Positions 58,923-59,441 of a stretch of DNA of 59,441 nucleotides are shown piece after piece. Every line of letters begins with the position of its first letter. Position 1 is the first letter of the stretch. The stretch lies in the NCBI GenBank assembly GCA_043798935.1, contig JAZDOC010000010.1, positions 1 through 59,441 on the forward strand, read 5' to 3'. The notes beneath the pieces are model-generated. The model saw only the letters and a program-made list of their open reading frames with translations, did no database searches and was not told the origin of the DNA. This DNA is from Patescibacteria group bacterium (GTDB lineage: Bacteria; Patescibacteriota; Patescibacteriia; UBA9570; JAHJKD01). The position numbers and the translations under genes were made by a program.

Positions 58923-59043
58923 ATTTGCTCAGCACTGTGGAGGATGTTATAACTATCTTTAAGAATATAAAGGGCTATATTTATATCCCCGATTTATCGA
59001 TTTATAATAATTAAATTTTATCCCACTGTGCCACTCACTATAT

Positions 59044-59382
59044 TTATTTTTCAAATTTTAACTGTTTTACTCGTTTTGCTTTTTCAATGTCTATGTGATG
59101 CCAGAATCTTGTGAAGCAACTTTGACACTCGCACATTATTGCCAAATTAGCATCTTCTGCTCCCTTTCTCACAAAAGGGGCGCTTCTAACTCCGATAATA
59201 TATTCAGGCTTTTGCCGCCAGTCAAAGAACATATCGGTTTTATCCTGACATTCGGGATTTATGCAATTACCTGACAAACTGTGATTTTCGTTGGTCGGAT
59301 AACCTTCACCCCATAAAGACTCTCTCTCTGAACCTTCAACATCGTTAGCAAGTGTAAATTTTATATCTTTTGGTTCTGACAT
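59044..59382 (-). CDS. Hypothetical Cys-motif (possible Zn-binding) protein
   Basis: CINPEC and CECQSC..FWHH. Confidence 0.65.
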   Translation of the reverse strand: MSEPKDIKFTLANDVEGSERESLWGEGYPTNENHSLSGNCINPECQDKTDMFFDWRQKPEYIIGVRSAPFVRKGAEDANLAIMCECQSCFTRFWHHIDIEKAKRVKQLKFEK

Positions 59383-59441
59383 ATTAAAAAATATTTTTAT
59401 TTAACAACTTTGCCTCATTGATAAAAAAATCTTGCCAGATT

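Noticed and set aside
1-59441. CRISPR array, DGR/retron, prophage or recoded stop codons
   Set aside because: No spaced direct-repeat array, reverse transcriptase or phage genes seen; ORFs tile the window under the standard bacterial code

Overview
AT-rich bacterial chromosomal segment with most genes on the minus strand. Gene content and style point to a Patescibacteria/CPR genome (inference): a type IV pilus cluster with PilM but no PilN/O/Q, a short Rel, a half-size MFS, short or leaderless promoters and many orphan secreted proteins. Core blocks are dprA-topA, a compact uvrBAC operon, rel, parAB, tRNA-Leu(CAA), a type IV pilus locus with a 930-aa pilin-adhesin, a PAS kinase/receiver pair, a CsoR-controlled copper/thiol-redox operon, hup, transketolase and zupT. 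Five candidates stand out. (1) A two-gene unit pairs a TIGR04133-like radical SAM/SPASM enzyme with a 91-aa exported, membrane-anchored peptide carrying one AYG motif, a candidate splicease-type surface-peptide modification system. (2) A 1013-aa protein fuses a PRMT/COG4076-like methyltransferase, a duplicated helical linker and a TIGR01210 (RaSEA-like) radical SAM domain, and is co-transcribed with a 277-aa orphan. (3) A CoaD-CoaE fusion faces a type II pantothenate kinase, a candidate pantetheine-salvage CoA route, and both genes carry in-frame repeat-like insertions. (4) UvrA, UvrB and UvrC are each trimmed in a matching way. (5) Acidic secreted proteins share Lys-rich C-terminal domains. 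All family assignments come from motif recognition; no database searches were run.
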